From Dehalococcoidia bacterium (GTDB taxonomy: Bacteria > Chloroflexota > Dehalococcoidia > UBA2979), in contig OZ244720.1 of the NCBI GenBank assembly GCA_965219085.1, forward strand, positions 1,248,001 through 1,312,000: a stretch of 64,000 bases of DNA, in the 5' to 3' direction. Position 1 is the stretch's first letter. Every line of letters begins with the position of its first letter. Of this stretch, positions 37,792 to 47,825 are shown in pieces. Under the pieces are notes generated by a model that did not search any database, had not been told where the DNA came from, and worked only from the letters and a program-made list of their open reading frames with translations. The position numbers and the translations under genes were made by a program.

Positions 37792-38643
37792 CTAGTACTG
37801 CTCGGCCGGCTCGCCCACCTGCTCCAGCTCGATAACCTCGAAGTCGTCGTCGTCGAGGTCGCCGAGGCCGCGCGCGCTGCCGCCGTTCGCGCTGCGCGCG
37901 CGCTCGTACAGCTCGAAGAGCGTGCGCTTGTGCGGGCGCTTCGCGCCCAGCGGGCACTCCTCCCACGCCTCGTAGTCCTCGTCGCAGTAGCCAAGGCGGA
38001 ACTCGCCGCACTTCGGCTGGATGTAGCGCGCGAGCTCCGGGAAAGCGCGCTTCAGCTCGGCGCGCATCATCGCGACCACCTTGCGGAACTCCCACTGCGC
38101 GCGCGTGCACAGCCGCAGGTCGGCGATGTGCAGGAGTTCGAGGTAGTTCACCGTGACCTTGAAGTTCGTGTTCGTCGCGTTCGGCAGCAGGAAGCGCGCA
38201 TCCTCGGCCGGCACGCCGGAGTCGACGAGTTCGCGGTAGGCGTTCCCGGCGGCCTCGACGGCGTGCTCGAAGGCCTCCTCCTTGCCGGCCCGGCGGATGC
38301 TCTCCGGGGTGGTGAAGGGGAACGTGCCGTCCTTGTACGTGACGTAGCGCTGCGACTGCTGCTCGAACGAGATACCGATGTGGTGGCGCACGAACTGGTG
38401 CGAGAAGGCGCGGCTCACACCGGAGATGCCGAACTCGAACCAGATCTGCTGGAGGGGCGAGGCGTGCCCCGTCGCCAGCCGGGTGTCGATGAAGTCCTGC
38501 ATCTGCTCACGCGAGATGCGCCCGTCGGCGATGCGCGCCTCGATCTGCGCGGGCGTGAGCGCCGAGTAGCAGACACGGAACGCGGTGTAGAGCGTGCGCA
38601 GCGGATCCGGCGTGTGGTCGATCAGCGTCACTTCGATGGTCAT
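37792..38643 (-). CDS. thyX: FAD-dependent thymidylate synthase
   Basis: GHASPL, SRAFSHQFVRH, QSQRY, EDARFLLP, AQWE. Confidence 0.92.
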   Translation of the reverse strand: MTIEVTLIDHTPDPLRTLYTAFRVCYSALTPAQIEARIADGRISREQMQDFIDTRLATGHASPLQQIWFEFGISGVSRAFSHQFVRHHIGISFEQQSQRYVTYKDGTFPFTTPESIRRAGKEEAFEHAVEAAGNAYRELVDSGVPAEDARFLLPNATNTNFKVTVNYLELLHIADLRLCTRAQWEFRKVVAMMRAELKRAFPELARYIQPKCGEFRLGYCDEDYEAWEECPLGAKRPHKRTLFELYERARSANGGSARGLGDLDDDDFEVIELEQVGEPAEQY

Positions 38644-38749
38644 GGTGCACCCCCGCGCGGCGGGGACAACGACCCGGCGAGTCCCGCCGAGCCGATTATA
38701 TGATCAACTGCCTGTACGCGTCGACGGAAGCGCTCAGACCCGTGTCCGG

Positions 38750-39142
38750 TCAGACGGACTCGATAGTGAGGCCCTCGATCCGCTCGAAGTGGCGGCGGTT
38801 GTTCGTGAGCACGGTGAGGCTGTGCCGCAAGGCCGTGGCTCCGATGAACAGGTCGAGGTCGCCGATGAGGTTGCCTTCCGCTCGAAGTCGCCTCCGCTCG
38901 CGCCCGAAGATCCTGCCGATCTCCTCGTCCACATCCAGAAGGTCCACTCGCTCCAGGAAAGTGTCCAACTCCTGCTCACTCCGTTGTGGATCCACATCGC
39001 CCTGCACGCCATCGTACAGCTCGCCGAGCGATACGACGCTCAGGCCGACTCCGTCCGGAGTCACCTCAGCGATGCGATCGACAACACGCGCGACCTGGTG
39101 CATGTAGTCGATCACCCAGTCCGTGTCCACGAGGTACTGCAC
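38750..39142 (-). CDS. vapC: PIN-domain toxin
   Basis: YLVDTD, GELYDG, DLFIGATA, TNN..HF. Confidence 0.88.
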   Translation of the reverse strand: MQYLVDTDWVIDYMHQVARVVDRIAEVTPDGVGLSVVSLGELYDGVQGDVDPQRSEQELDTFLERVDLLDVDEEIGRIFGRERRRLRAEGNLIGDLDLFIGATALRHSLTVLTNNRRHFERIEGLTIESV

Positions 39143-39146
39143 GGCG

Positions 39147-39389
39147 CTATGGCGCCGGCGGTTCGCGGGAGCCGGTGATGCGCGCCTCGTAGAGCATCCG
39201 CTTGAGCTCCTCGGGATCGTGCTGGCCCACCCAGCCACCCGCCCCGGCGCGCATCGCTTCCGGGTCACGATTGGCCGACGGCTTCTCGTCGACGGTCAGG
39301 AGCACCTCCTGATTTTCGGCGAGGTCGACCTCGTCCAGTGGCTCAAAGACGCCGTTCGAGTAGCGCGCCCTGACGCTCCTGAGCACCAT
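39147..39389 (-). CDS. DUF104/AF2212-like antitoxin
   Basis: VRARYSNGVFEPLDEVDL. Confidence 0.8.
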   Translation of the reverse strand: MVLRSVRARYSNGVFEPLDEVDLAENQEVLLTVDEKPSANRDPEAMRAGAGGWVGQHDPEELKRMLYEARITGSREPPAP

Positions 39390-39453
39390 GATCGTCTCCC
39401 GTGGCTCCTCAGCCATCTTCGCACAGCCGCGACCCGTCGACAGAAGGGCGGGG

Positions 39454-40038
39454 CTAGCTCCGCGCTGCCCGCGTCGAGACCGCGAGCGACTCGTGCAGGC
39501 AGGCATCGCACGTCTGCTCGTGCAGCCGGCGTTCGAGGGCGAGTGACTCATTGAGCCATTCCCGGGGTTGCGGCTCACCGGGCACCCGCAGCGCGAGGTT
39601 GCTCCGCGCCGCCCGGACGCCGAGCTCGGCGGCGACCTTGATGGCCGTCACCTTGTAGTGGCGCGACAGCAGATACGCGTCGTCCGAGGTCAGCTCGCAC
39701 CCGCCGCCCGCCCCGTGGCGCTCCACGAGGCCGTAGAAGTGCAGCCAGAACCGGCGCGAATGGTGCTCGGCCGGCGGCAGCGTGAGGTGCGCGAGCTCGT
39801 GCAGCAGCGTCGACGCGAGCGCCGCGTGGCCACGGTCCGCGGGCGCCCGGATCACGATGCGGCGACGGCGGTGTTCCGCCCAGCTCTTCGGCCTCGGATC
39901 GCCCCAGCGCCACTCGATGCGGCAGTGGCGCCGATACCCCGCCTCGTCCAGCACGTGGTGCGACAGGTCCTGTGCCCACTCTGGCGTCGGCAGCATGGGG
40001 AAGAAGATGTCGGCCATCGCGCGCCCAGTCTGCACCAC
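39454..40038 (-). CDS. HExxH metallopeptidase-like (SprT/YgjP-like) protein
   Basis: LLHELAH..HHSRRFW; start uncertain. Confidence 0.6.
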   Translation of the reverse strand: MVQTGRAMADIFFPMLPTPEWAQDLSHHVLDEAGYRRHCRIEWRWGDPRPKSWAEHRRRRIVIRAPADRGHAALASTLLHELAHLTLPPAEHHSRRFWLHFYGLVERHGAGGGCELTSDDAYLLSRHYKVTAIKVAAELGVRAARSNLALRVPGEPQPREWLNESLALERRLHEQTCDACLHESLAVSTRAARS

Positions 40039-40075
40039 GCTCGGCGCTGACGCGCGCCGCCGCTAGCATGCCCCC

Positions 40076-40519
40076 ATGACTGCTGCGGTGTGGCGCGTCG
40101 GCGGCGAGGTGATCGAGCGCGAGGAGCTCCTCGACGGGCGCTGCCAGGTCGTGCTCGACGGCGAGGCCGACCCTGCCGGCGCCACCGACGAGGCAGCTGC
40201 CGAGGGCGTCGCGTTCGCCGTCAGCCTCGTCTGGCTGCTCGGCCGCGAGGGGGCGGTCCCGCTCACCGAGGGCTACGTGACCGTCGCCGGTGACGCGGGC
40301 GAGCTCAACGCCTCGCTCGACGCCGGCAGCGTCGAGGCGAGCGATGAGACAGGGGCCGCCGCCGTGCGCGCCCGCTTCGTCGTCGACGCCGCCGAAGGCG
40401 ATCTCAGCGGCTTCCCGCAGTTGCGTGGCGACCCCGCGAGCGGCGCGCGCGTGACGTGCGACATCGAGGTCGGGACGGAGTCCTGGAGCGGCGAGTTGCG
40501 GCTCGAGGAGCCGGGGTAG
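40076..40519 (+). CDS. Hypothetical protein
   Basis: Acidic ORF preceded by a TAGCAT -10-like hexamer. Confidence 0.55.
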   Translation: MTAAVWRVGGEVIEREELLDGRCQVVLDGEADPAGATDEAAAEGVAFAVSLVWLLGREGAVPLTEGYVTVAGDAGELNASLDAGSVEASDETGAAAVRARFVVDAAEGDLSGFPQLRGDPASGARVTCDIEVGTESWSGELRLEEPG

Positions 40520-40547
40520 GCGAACCGGCCGCCATCCTTGGGCGAGG

Positions 40548-41513
40548 CTACCTCGGCATCAAGAACCGCGCCGCGAAGCGCCAGAGCACACGGCGCAAGC
40601 GGAACGACAGGCGCGAGCGGCGGTCGCTCATCGTCTGACCGATGCGGCCCGTCGCCTCCGGCTGACCCATCGCGATGAACTGCCGCCAGTCGCGCAGCGA
40701 CGGCTCGCGGTCGGCCTTCACCTCCGCGGGCGCCTCGAAGCGGTCTAAGTCCCCGAAGCCGCGCGGCCCGTTGGTCATGACGCTCAGCCCGGCTGCCTGC
40801 GAGAGGCACACGCCGCCCGCGACATCCCAGATGCTGGGCGCGGTGAACACGGCGTACTGAAAGATGCCGGCCGCGACGAACGCACACTCGATGGCGACCG
40901 AACCGGTGACCCGGATGTCCCAGCCACCGAACCGCCCCGGCGACCCGGCCGGGCCCGCACCCAGCTTGCGACTGACACCACTCGTCGGCCGCACCTGCGG
41001 CATCATCTCGCCCTCGAAGTGGAGTGCACCGCCGAGGTGCGCGTGGTAGACGCCGGGCCGCAGCGCGTGCCCGGTCGAGCACCAGATCGCTCCGACGATG
41101 GGCAGCCCGTGGTGGAGTACCCCGATCGACACCGCGTAGAGCGGGAACCCGTTCACGAAGTTCGTCGTGCCGTCGACTGGATCGACCACCCACACGAACG
41201 CCGCGTCGCGGTCGGGGTGCGTGTCGACCTCCTCACCGAGGAGGCCATGGTCCGGGAAGCGCTCGCCCACGCGCTCGCGCAGGAACTGCTCGACCGCCCG
41301 GTCCACCTCGCTCACGGGGTTCGAGGGTGGCCGGCCGTCCTTGCCGGCATCCTTGTACTCGACGGCGATCTCGCGGGTGAGCGTCTCCATGATGCGCTCG
41401 CCCGCCATCCGCGCGAGCTCGACGGCGACCGTCTCGACCTCCAGGAGCTCCGGCTCCGGGGGCGGCGGTAGGCCACCGGCGGCGGCCGGCGAGGCCCCGG
41501 TCACGCCCGTCAT
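40548..41513 (-). CDS. Inositol monophosphatase family protein
   Basis: GEE, WVVDPVDGTTNF, WDVAGG. Confidence 0.88.
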   Translation of the reverse strand: MTGVTGASPAAAGGLPPPPEPELLEVETVAVELARMAGERIMETLTREIAVEYKDAGKDGRPPSNPVSEVDRAVEQFLRERVGERFPDHGLLGEEVDTHPDRDAAFVWVVDPVDGTTNFVNGFPLYAVSIGVLHHGLPIVGAIWCSTGHALRPGVYHAHLGGALHFEGEMMPQVRPTSGVSRKLGAGPAGSPGRFGGWDIRVTGSVAIECAFVAAGIFQYAVFTAPSIWDVAGGVCLSQAAGLSVMTNGPRGFGDLDRFEAPAEVKADREPSLRDWRQFIAMGQPEATGRIGQTMSDRRSRLSFRLRRVLWRFAARFLMPR

Positions 41514-41615
41514 CGCGCGCCTCGCACAGCAGCGCGCGACCGCGTCGCTTGGCGCGGCGTGGCTGCGTTCGCTAGCCTCGGCTGTAACAGTGGCGCCGAG
41601 TGGGCAGGGACGCAC

Positions 41616-41801
41616 GTGGCGGACGACGACTGGGAGTACTCAACAGAGGGCGAACTCGACCCGGATCTGACCGAGGAGTCAGGGTACGCGTATTGGGATC
41701 CACCAACCCGCCGGTTCTGGACTCCGACGGTGCTGCGCATTGGCGCCGCCTTGTTGATCGCCTTACTCGTTGGCGGAATCGTCCTCGCCGTCATCAACTG
41801 A
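41616..41801 (+). CDS. Small membrane protein
   Basis: Acidic N-terminus plus one TM helix. Confidence 0.5.
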   Translation: MADDDWEYSTEGELDPDLTEESGYAYWDPPTRRFWTPTVLRIGAALLIALLVGGIVLAVIN

Positions 41802-41933
41802 CGAATCGGAGCCGTACTCGATCGCCTCGCCGTTGTCGCCGCCAATGACGCCGAGCTTGCGGAGCGCGAACGCGGCCGCACCCGCCGCCGCGGCCAGCAC
41901 GATGAGCATGCGTAGCAGTCCTCGAACCGGCAC
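41763..41933 (-). CDS. Small hypothetical membrane protein
   Basis: GGAG RBS and hydrophobic N-terminus; overlaps the convergent ORF. Confidence 0.35.
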   Translation of the reverse strand: MPVRGLLRMLIVLAAAAGAAAFALRKLGVIGGDNGEAIEYGSDSSVDDGEDDSANE

Positions 41934-42105
41934 GGTGTAGCCTCTCCCGCCGCTGTGGAGCGAGGGCAGGCCCCGCGCCTCGCGCATTGTCGCAGCACGC
42001 GCCGACGCATGCCACTCGCGCCGATGTTCGTTTGTGATCGCGCGTGTCGCTGCCGCGCGCTGTTGTGGTACGTTTGATCTGCGGCGGGTAGCAAGAGAGG
42101 CGATC

Positions 42106-43404
42106 TTGCGCGCCCTGCTTCGCACGTTGACCCCGATCCTGATGATCGCCCTCGGCGGTTTCGTCATTGCGCAGGCCGAGGCCACGCCGAGCCGCGCGAT
42201 CACGACCTCGACACCGCCCGCTCAGGATGTCGTAGCCCTGCCGACCACGCCCGAACCCGCACCGCCCGTGGCGGTGCAGTCCGACCCGGACCCCGCGCCG
42301 CCGGACATCACCGGCGACCTGTATGACCCGCTCGATCCGCTCCTCGGCGCCGCGTACGGCACGGACACGCCCAACGACGCACCGCCGACCTCTGCGGCGC
42401 TCCGACCGACCACCACCTCGGCAGACGGGACCGATCCCCCTGCAACCGCTTCGAGCTTCACGATCGAGGGCTACGACCTCCTCGAGGTGCTGCTGCGCAT
42501 CACCGGCACCCTGACCACCACCCCCCCGACGGCCGGGGAGCCGCCGGCCGCTGCGACCACCACCACCGCGACGCGCCCGATCGCGGTCTCACCGGGCGCG
42601 CAGACCACACCAGGGACCGGGCCGCTCCAGCCGTCGGTGTTCGAGCGCGCGCAGATCGTGTCGTTCTACGGCTACCCGGGGGTCGGGACGATGGGTGAAC
42701 TCGGACTGCACACACCGTCCGGCGCGGCGGCGGCCGTCGCACGCGTCGCCGCCGAGTACGACGCGCTCAACGGCCCGCGCGAGGTGATGCCCGCGCTCCA
42801 CCTCATCGTCGCCGTCGCGCAGCGCCACCCCGGCAACAGCGGGTTCTATCTCCAGCGTATGAGCGACGAGCGACTCAGCGAGTACGTCGAGGCCGCGCGC
42901 GCGGCCAACATCCTGCTCTTCGTCGACGTGCAAATCGGGTGGTCCGACGCGCTGACGGAGGTCAAGGTGCTGGAGGACGTACTGTGCGAGCCCTTCGTCC
43001 ACCTCGCGCTCGACCCGGAGTTCGCCACGAAGAGCACGGGCGACGCGCCGGGCGTGGCCATCGGCGTGCTCGACGCCGCCGATGTGAACGCGGTGCAGCA
43101 CTACCTCGCGGGGCTCGTGCGCGATCACGATCTGCCGCCGAAGGTGCTGGTGCTGCACCAGTTCCTGAAGGGGATGCTCACAGGGGTCGACCAATACGAC
43201 GACGTGGCCGCAGTCGACGTGACCATCGACATGGATGGGTTCGGCAGCCCCGCCGTGAAGCTGACCAAGTACGACCTGTACGCCACCGCCGACTACGCCG
43301 AGCGGGCGGCCATCAAGCTGTTCTACCACTGGGACGCGCCGCTCATGACGCCGGGGCGCCTGCTGTCCCTGGACAACCCGCCGGACCTCGTGATCTACCA
43401 GTAA
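42106..43404 (+). CDS. Exported protein with P/T linker and a conserved unknown domain
   Basis: Signal-like N-terminus; VSFYG, LALDPEF, HQF, DMDGFG. Confidence 0.65.
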   Translation: MRALLRTLTPILMIALGGFVIAQAEATPSRAITTSTPPAQDVVALPTTPEPAPPVAVQSDPDPAPPDITGDLYDPLDPLLGAAYGTDTPNDAPPTSAALRPTTTSADGTDPPATASSFTIEGYDLLEVLLRITGTLTTTPPTAGEPPAAATTTTATRPIAVSPGAQTTPGTGPLQPSVFERAQIVSFYGYPGVGTMGELGLHTPSGAAAAVARVAAEYDALNGPREVMPALHLIVAVAQRHPGNSGFYLQRMSDERLSEYVEAARAANILLFVDVQIGWSDALTEVKVLEDVLCEPFVHLALDPEFATKSTGDAPGVAIGVLDAADVNAVQHYLAGLVRDHDLPPKVLVLHQFLKGMLTGVDQYDDVAAVDVTIDMDGFGSPAVKLTKYDLYATADYAERAAIKLFYHWDAPLMTPGRLLSLDNPPDLVIYQ

Positions 43405-43482
43405 GGCTCGCTCGCGGTAGGCTGACAGCCGGGCTCCGCGTGTCCCCACGCGTCACCCGGCCGGGGAGAGGTGTGCCGAGCG

Positions 43483-44976
43483 ATGGAGAACGGCGCCGCT
43501 CCGCTCGCCGTGATCGACGTCGGCTCCAACTCCGTCCGCCTCCTCATCGCCAGGCCGCTGCCGGGCGGCCACCTCGACATCCTCGACGACGCCCGCGCGA
43601 CGCTGCGCCTCGCGCGCGTGGTCGACGCGCACGGCGCGATCCCACCCGACGTGATGGAGCAGACGCTCGACGCCATCGGCGACTTTGTCCGCCTCGCCTC
43701 GCACGCCGGGGCCGAGTCCGTCCGCGCGGTCGGTACCGCGGCGCTCCGTGACGCCGCCAACACCGACGCACTGACCAGGGAGCTGCGCGCCCGCTGGGGC
43801 GTCAAGCTCGAGGTGCTGAGCGGCAGTGATGAAGTGCGCCTCGCCAGCCTCGGCGCCGTGTTCGGGCTGCCCATCACCGACGGGCTCCTGCTCGACCTCG
43901 GCGGCGGCAGCCTGCTGTTGGCGCGCATCGAGGACCGCAAGCCGGTGAAGACGTGGTCGTTCCCGTTCGGCACGTTGCGGGTGACCGACCGCTTTCTCTC
44001 CGCGGACCCGCCCGACGAGGAGGCGATGACGGCGCTGCGACGCCACGTCCGCCGCGAGCTGCGCGCCGCCGGCGTGCCCCGGCTCGGCAAGGGCGAGGTG
44101 CTGGTCGGCACGGGCGGGACCGTGCGCAACCTCGCGAACGTGAGCCGACGCCGGCAGCGCTACCCGATCTCGCGTCTGCACGGCCACTCGATCACGATCC
44201 GCAGGCTGCACCGGCTCACGCGCCTGCTGGCGCGGATGTCGCTCAAGGAGCGTCGTGGCGTGCGCGGCCTGAACGCGGACCGCGCCGGGATCATCGCGGC
44301 CGGAGCGCTCGTAGTGGACGCCGTGGCCGCCCACACCCACACCGACGCCGTGCTCGTCGCCGGGCAGGGACTGCGCGAAGGCATCGCGCGGTCGCAGTTC
44401 GTCAACGAGCTGCCACCTGCCAGCGAGGTGCGGCGTGGGTCCGTGGAGGTGTTCGCACAGCGGTTCGGCGACGCCGAGACGAACAGCGCGCACCATCGCG
44501 CCCGCCTCGCCGTCTCGCTCATCAAGCACCTCGATCCCGACGCGGGCGAGGAGGTGCACGAGACGGTCGAGTACGCGGCGATGCTGTACAACGCCGGCCT
44601 GCAAGTCGACTTCTACCGCCGCGCCGGCGCCACGACGGCCATCCTGCTGGACGCCAACCTCTCCGGCTTCTCGCAGAACCAGATCGCGCGCGTCGCCGCC
44701 GCCGCGCGGCTCGCGCGCCGCCCGACGTGGGAGGTGCGCACGCTGCGGCCGCTGCTGGCGCCGGAGGACGAAGCCGCGCTACACCGCGCGGGTGTCGTCG
44801 TCGCGCTGGCCGAGGAGCTGCGCCGCCGCTCCGGCCCCAAGGGCGTGCGTATGTCGACCAAGCGTGGCGACCTGCGCATCACGCTGCCCGGTACGACCAC
44901 GTGGAAGCCCGGCAACCTCGCCGAGCGCCTGCACGCAACCTTCGGCGTGGGACTACGCATCTCGGGCCGAGACTAG
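43483..44976 (+). CDS. ppx: Exopolyphosphatase Ppx/GppA
   Basis: IDVGSNS, TAALRDA, DLGGGS, GLREG. Confidence 0.88.
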   Translation: MENGAAPLAVIDVGSNSVRLLIARPLPGGHLDILDDARATLRLARVVDAHGAIPPDVMEQTLDAIGDFVRLASHAGAESVRAVGTAALRDAANTDALTRELRARWGVKLEVLSGSDEVRLASLGAVFGLPITDGLLLDLGGGSLLLARIEDRKPVKTWSFPFGTLRVTDRFLSADPPDEEAMTALRRHVRRELRAAGVPRLGKGEVLVGTGGTVRNLANVSRRRQRYPISRLHGHSITIRRLHRLTRLLARMSLKERRGVRGLNADRAGIIAAGALVVDAVAAHTHTDAVLVAGQGLREGIARSQFVNELPPASEVRRGSVEVFAQRFGDAETNSAHHRARLAVSLIKHLDPDAGEEVHETVEYAAMLYNAGLQVDFYRRAGATTAILLDANLSGFSQNQIARVAAAARLARRPTWEVRTLRPLLAPEDEAALHRAGVVVALAEELRRRSGPKGVRMSTKRGDLRITLPGTTTWKPGNLAERLHATFGVGLRISGRD

Positions 44977-46553
44977 CGGTCGAGCGCCTCGCGCTCCACG
45001 ACGGCCCTGAAGCGCCGCCACTCGCGCCGCAGCCGTCCATGCGTCTCCGGGAACACCTCCGCGACCGAGCGCACCGCCTCGCGCTCGCGCTCGGCGAGCC
45101 GACCCATCGCGAGCACCGTAGAGGTTGGCAGCGACTCGTCCGTTGCCGTGCGTTCGAGGAGGTGAAGAGTGGTCACCGCGTCCTGGCGGCGTCCGAGCTC
45201 GTCCTGTGCCTGCTTCAGCGCAGCGACGAAGGGGCTTGTGGCCCCGCCGTACAGGCCGGCGGTGAACTCCGTCGCGTAGCGGATACGCTTCGCGCGGATG
45301 CGGGCGTCGTGGTAGTCGTCGTCCGGCGAGTCGGGACCGACCTGCCTCGCGACCCGGTTGAAGCGCCTCCAGTGCTTGCGCAGCAGGTCCGGCGCGGCAT
45401 GCACTCCAGGCGTTGCGCCGGCGGGCGTCACCGCTCCCGCGCGCAGCAGCGCCATCGTCACTTCAACGAGACGCGCGTGGCGCGGCGAGTCGAGCGCGTC
45501 GAGCATCCGGCCTCGCGCCCCCTCGCGCCGCGCCTCGAGCAGCTCGATGAGCGGCGTGAGGGACGACTCGTCGGGGCCGCCGCCGAGCGCGGCGGCCTCC
45601 TCGCGCAGCCACGCGATCTGCACGTCCAGGTCGCGCACCTCGCCCAGGGCGTCCGCCACCCACCCGAACTCGCGCCGCAGCGCACGCACCTCGGGCCGCA
45701 ACACCGGCGCGAATACGGCCAGCGCAGTGCGCATCCGCCGCGTTGCGACGCGCATGTCGTGCAGCGCCTCGATGTCCTCGCCGAGCCGCGTGCCGGGCTC
45801 GTTGGCGAGGAAGGCCGTGCACTGCCGCCGCAGCGCCGCGTATGCCACGGCTCCAAGCGTCCAGGTCGGCTCGACCCGAGACGGGCCAAGGTCGGGCAGC
45901 CCGGCCGGCGACCGTCCCGTCGCGGTGAGCCCGATCGCGAACTTCGACGTGGACGCCCGCTCGAACCCCTCGACGCTGCCGAGTGCCGCGGCGAGCTCCT
46001 CGACCGACGCGAGCGCGGCCGGGTCGGCAAGCTCCAGCTCGATCCGGCGCAGCGCGAGCGTCGAGCCGCCCGCGGTCTCCACCTCGGTCGCGTCGAGGGC
46101 GACCTCGGCGATGGGGCGTGCTGTGCCGTTGGAGTGGACGTCGAACGTGCGGCGCTCGGTGCGCAGCGAGAACAGCCCCGCAAGCTCGCCCGGTCCGACG
46201 ACAGCGCGTACGCGGCGCGCGACCGGCCCGGCCGACGCGAGCAGCGCGGCGTGGCCCGCGCGGGCGAGCGGCTCGTTGATCTCGCGGCGGCGGTACGGAC
46301 CGTCCGACTGGTCGCCGAACCCCTTCAGGGTCGCCTCGACCGTCCCGCCCGACTCGCGCAGCCGCAGCGCGAAGCTCGCGCGGTGGAACGCCCAGTCGGT
46401 GGTGTCGAGGTACTCGTCGAGGAGGACGCGCGTCTTCGACGGCGCGAGCGTCAGCCGCAGCGTGGCCGCGCACGCGCGCAGCGCACGCTCGGCCGCGGCG
46501 AGGTCATCCACGCCAAACTGCCACTCGACCTCAATGCCGTCTGTTGCCGGCAT
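44973..46553 (-). CDS. CYTH plus CHAD domain protein
   Basis: EVEWQ, YLDT..LRLR; LHDMRVATRR, RDLDV, KRIRY, QDELG. Confidence 0.88.
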   Translation of the reverse strand: MPATDGIEVEWQFGVDDLAAAERALRACAATLRLTLAPSKTRVLLDEYLDTTDWAFHRASFALRLRESGGTVEATLKGFGDQSDGPYRRREINEPLARAGHAALLASAGPVARRVRAVVGPGELAGLFSLRTERRTFDVHSNGTARPIAEVALDATEVETAGGSTLALRRIELELADPAALASVEELAAALGSVEGFERASTSKFAIGLTATGRSPAGLPDLGPSRVEPTWTLGAVAYAALRRQCTAFLANEPGTRLGEDIEALHDMRVATRRMRTALAVFAPVLRPEVRALRREFGWVADALGEVRDLDVQIAWLREEAAALGGGPDESSLTPLIELLEARREGARGRMLDALDSPRHARLVEVTMALLRAGAVTPAGATPGVHAAPDLLRKHWRRFNRVARQVGPDSPDDDYHDARIRAKRIRYATEFTAGLYGGATSPFVAALKQAQDELGRRQDAVTTLHLLERTATDESLPTSTVLAMGRLAEREREAVRSVAEVFPETHGRLRREWRRFRAVVEREALDR

Positions 46554-46712
46554 GCTGGGGATCTCCGGCCTGGTTACGTCACCAAGTCTACGGGGGCGCG
46601 TCGAGCGGCGGCGAACGACGCGCGAGGCGCCAGGCGAACTAACGAGGGCTTAGCTGAAGATGCTGTAGGCTCCTCGCTCGTGGGGAATCAGTTCCTGCCG
46701 ACCGGGTCGGAC

Positions 46713-47399
46713 ATGCGCGCCTACGCCGCAGAGGCGACGGGCACGTTCCTGCTCGTCTTCGCCGGGCCGGGCGCGGCGGTGATCAACGAGGTCTCCGGCG
46801 GCGCGGTCACACACCTCGGGGTCGGGCTCTCGTTCGGCCTCGCGGTGATGGCGGCGATCTTCGCTACGGGGCACATCTCCGGCGCGCACATCAACCCCGC
46901 CGTCACCCTCGCCTTCTCCGTCGCCGGGCACTTCCCGAAGCGGCACGTGCCGCCCTACATCGTCGCGCAGCTCCTCGGCGCGTCGGCGGCCGCGCTCGTG
47001 CTGCGCTGGCTGTTCGGCGTCGTCGCCGACCTCGGCTCGACCGTGCCGACGGGCGGCGCCGGGCAGGCGCTCGGCCTCGAGGTGGTCATCACGGCGTTCC
47101 TGATGTTCGTGATCATGGCCGTCGCCACCGACCTGCGCGCGGTGCGCGACCACGCCGCGCTCGCCATCGGCGGGTACGTGGGCCTGGCCGCGACGTTCTC
47201 CGGGCCCATCGCGGGGGCGTCGATGAACCCGGCGCGCTCGTTCGGTCCCGCGCTGCTCTCCGGGACGTGGGTCGACCACTGGGTGTACTGGGCCGGGCCC
47301 ATCGCCGGCGCGCTGCTCGGCGCGGCCGTCTACATGCTGATCCGCAGCGGCCACCCGCCGGCCGACGAGCACGACCTCGACGAACCCGCGGCCGGATGA
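46713..47399 (+). CDS. MIP channel (putative arsenite-conducting aquaglyceroporin)
   Basis: SGAHINPA, GASMNPARS; coupled to arsC. Confidence 0.85.
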   Translation: MRAYAAEATGTFLLVFAGPGAAVINEVSGGAVTHLGVGLSFGLAVMAAIFATGHISGAHINPAVTLAFSVAGHFPKRHVPPYIVAQLLGASAAALVLRWLFGVVADLGSTVPTGGAGQALGLEVVITAFLMFVIMAVATDLRAVRDHAALAIGGYVGLAATFSGPIAGASMNPARSFGPALLSGTWVDHWVYWAGPIAGALLGAAVYMLIRSGHPPADEHDLDEPAAG

Positions 47400-47821
47400 C
47401 CACGCGCGTCCTCTTCGTCTGCACCGGCAACTCGGCGCGCTCACAGATCGCCGAGGCGCTGCTGCGCGAGCGCGGCGGCGACGCGTTCGAGGCGCACTCG
47501 GCCGGCACCGAGCCGGCCGGGCTCAACCCCCTCACCGTGCGCGTGCTCGCCGAGGACGGCATCGACGTGCGCGACGCCGAGTCCACCCACGTCGACGCGT
47601 ACGTGGGCGCGCCGTGGGACTACGTGATCACCGTCTGCGACCGCGCCCGCGAGTCCTGCCCCGTGTTCCCCCACGCCGGCGATCAGCTCCACTGGAGCCT
47701 CGAAGACCCTGCCGCCGCCGGGGGCGACGAGGCGCAGCGCCTCGATGCGTTCCGTGCCACGCGCGAGGAGGTGCGGGCGCGCATCGAGGCGTTCGTAGAC
47801 GAGGTCACCGCAGCCGGGTAG
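47396..47821 (+). CDS. arsC: Arsenate reductase (LMW-PTP type)
   Basis: CTGNSARS, TVCD..CP, HW..DPA. Confidence 0.88.
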   Translation: MTTRVLFVCTGNSARSQIAEALLRERGGDAFEAHSAGTEPAGLNPLTVRVLAEDGIDVRDAESTHVDAYVGAPWDYVITVCDRARESCPVFPHAGDQLHWSLEDPAAAGGDEAQRLDAFRATREEVRARIEAFVDEVTAAG

Positions 47822-47825
47822 GCGC

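Noticed and set aside
43953-47399. 1148-aa ORF, and similar long ORFs 5370..7850, 30785..32257, 55209..57428, 60441..63005
   Set aside because: GC-rich shadow frames rich in R/A/G/P; only the 3' portions are real genes, annotated with corrected starts
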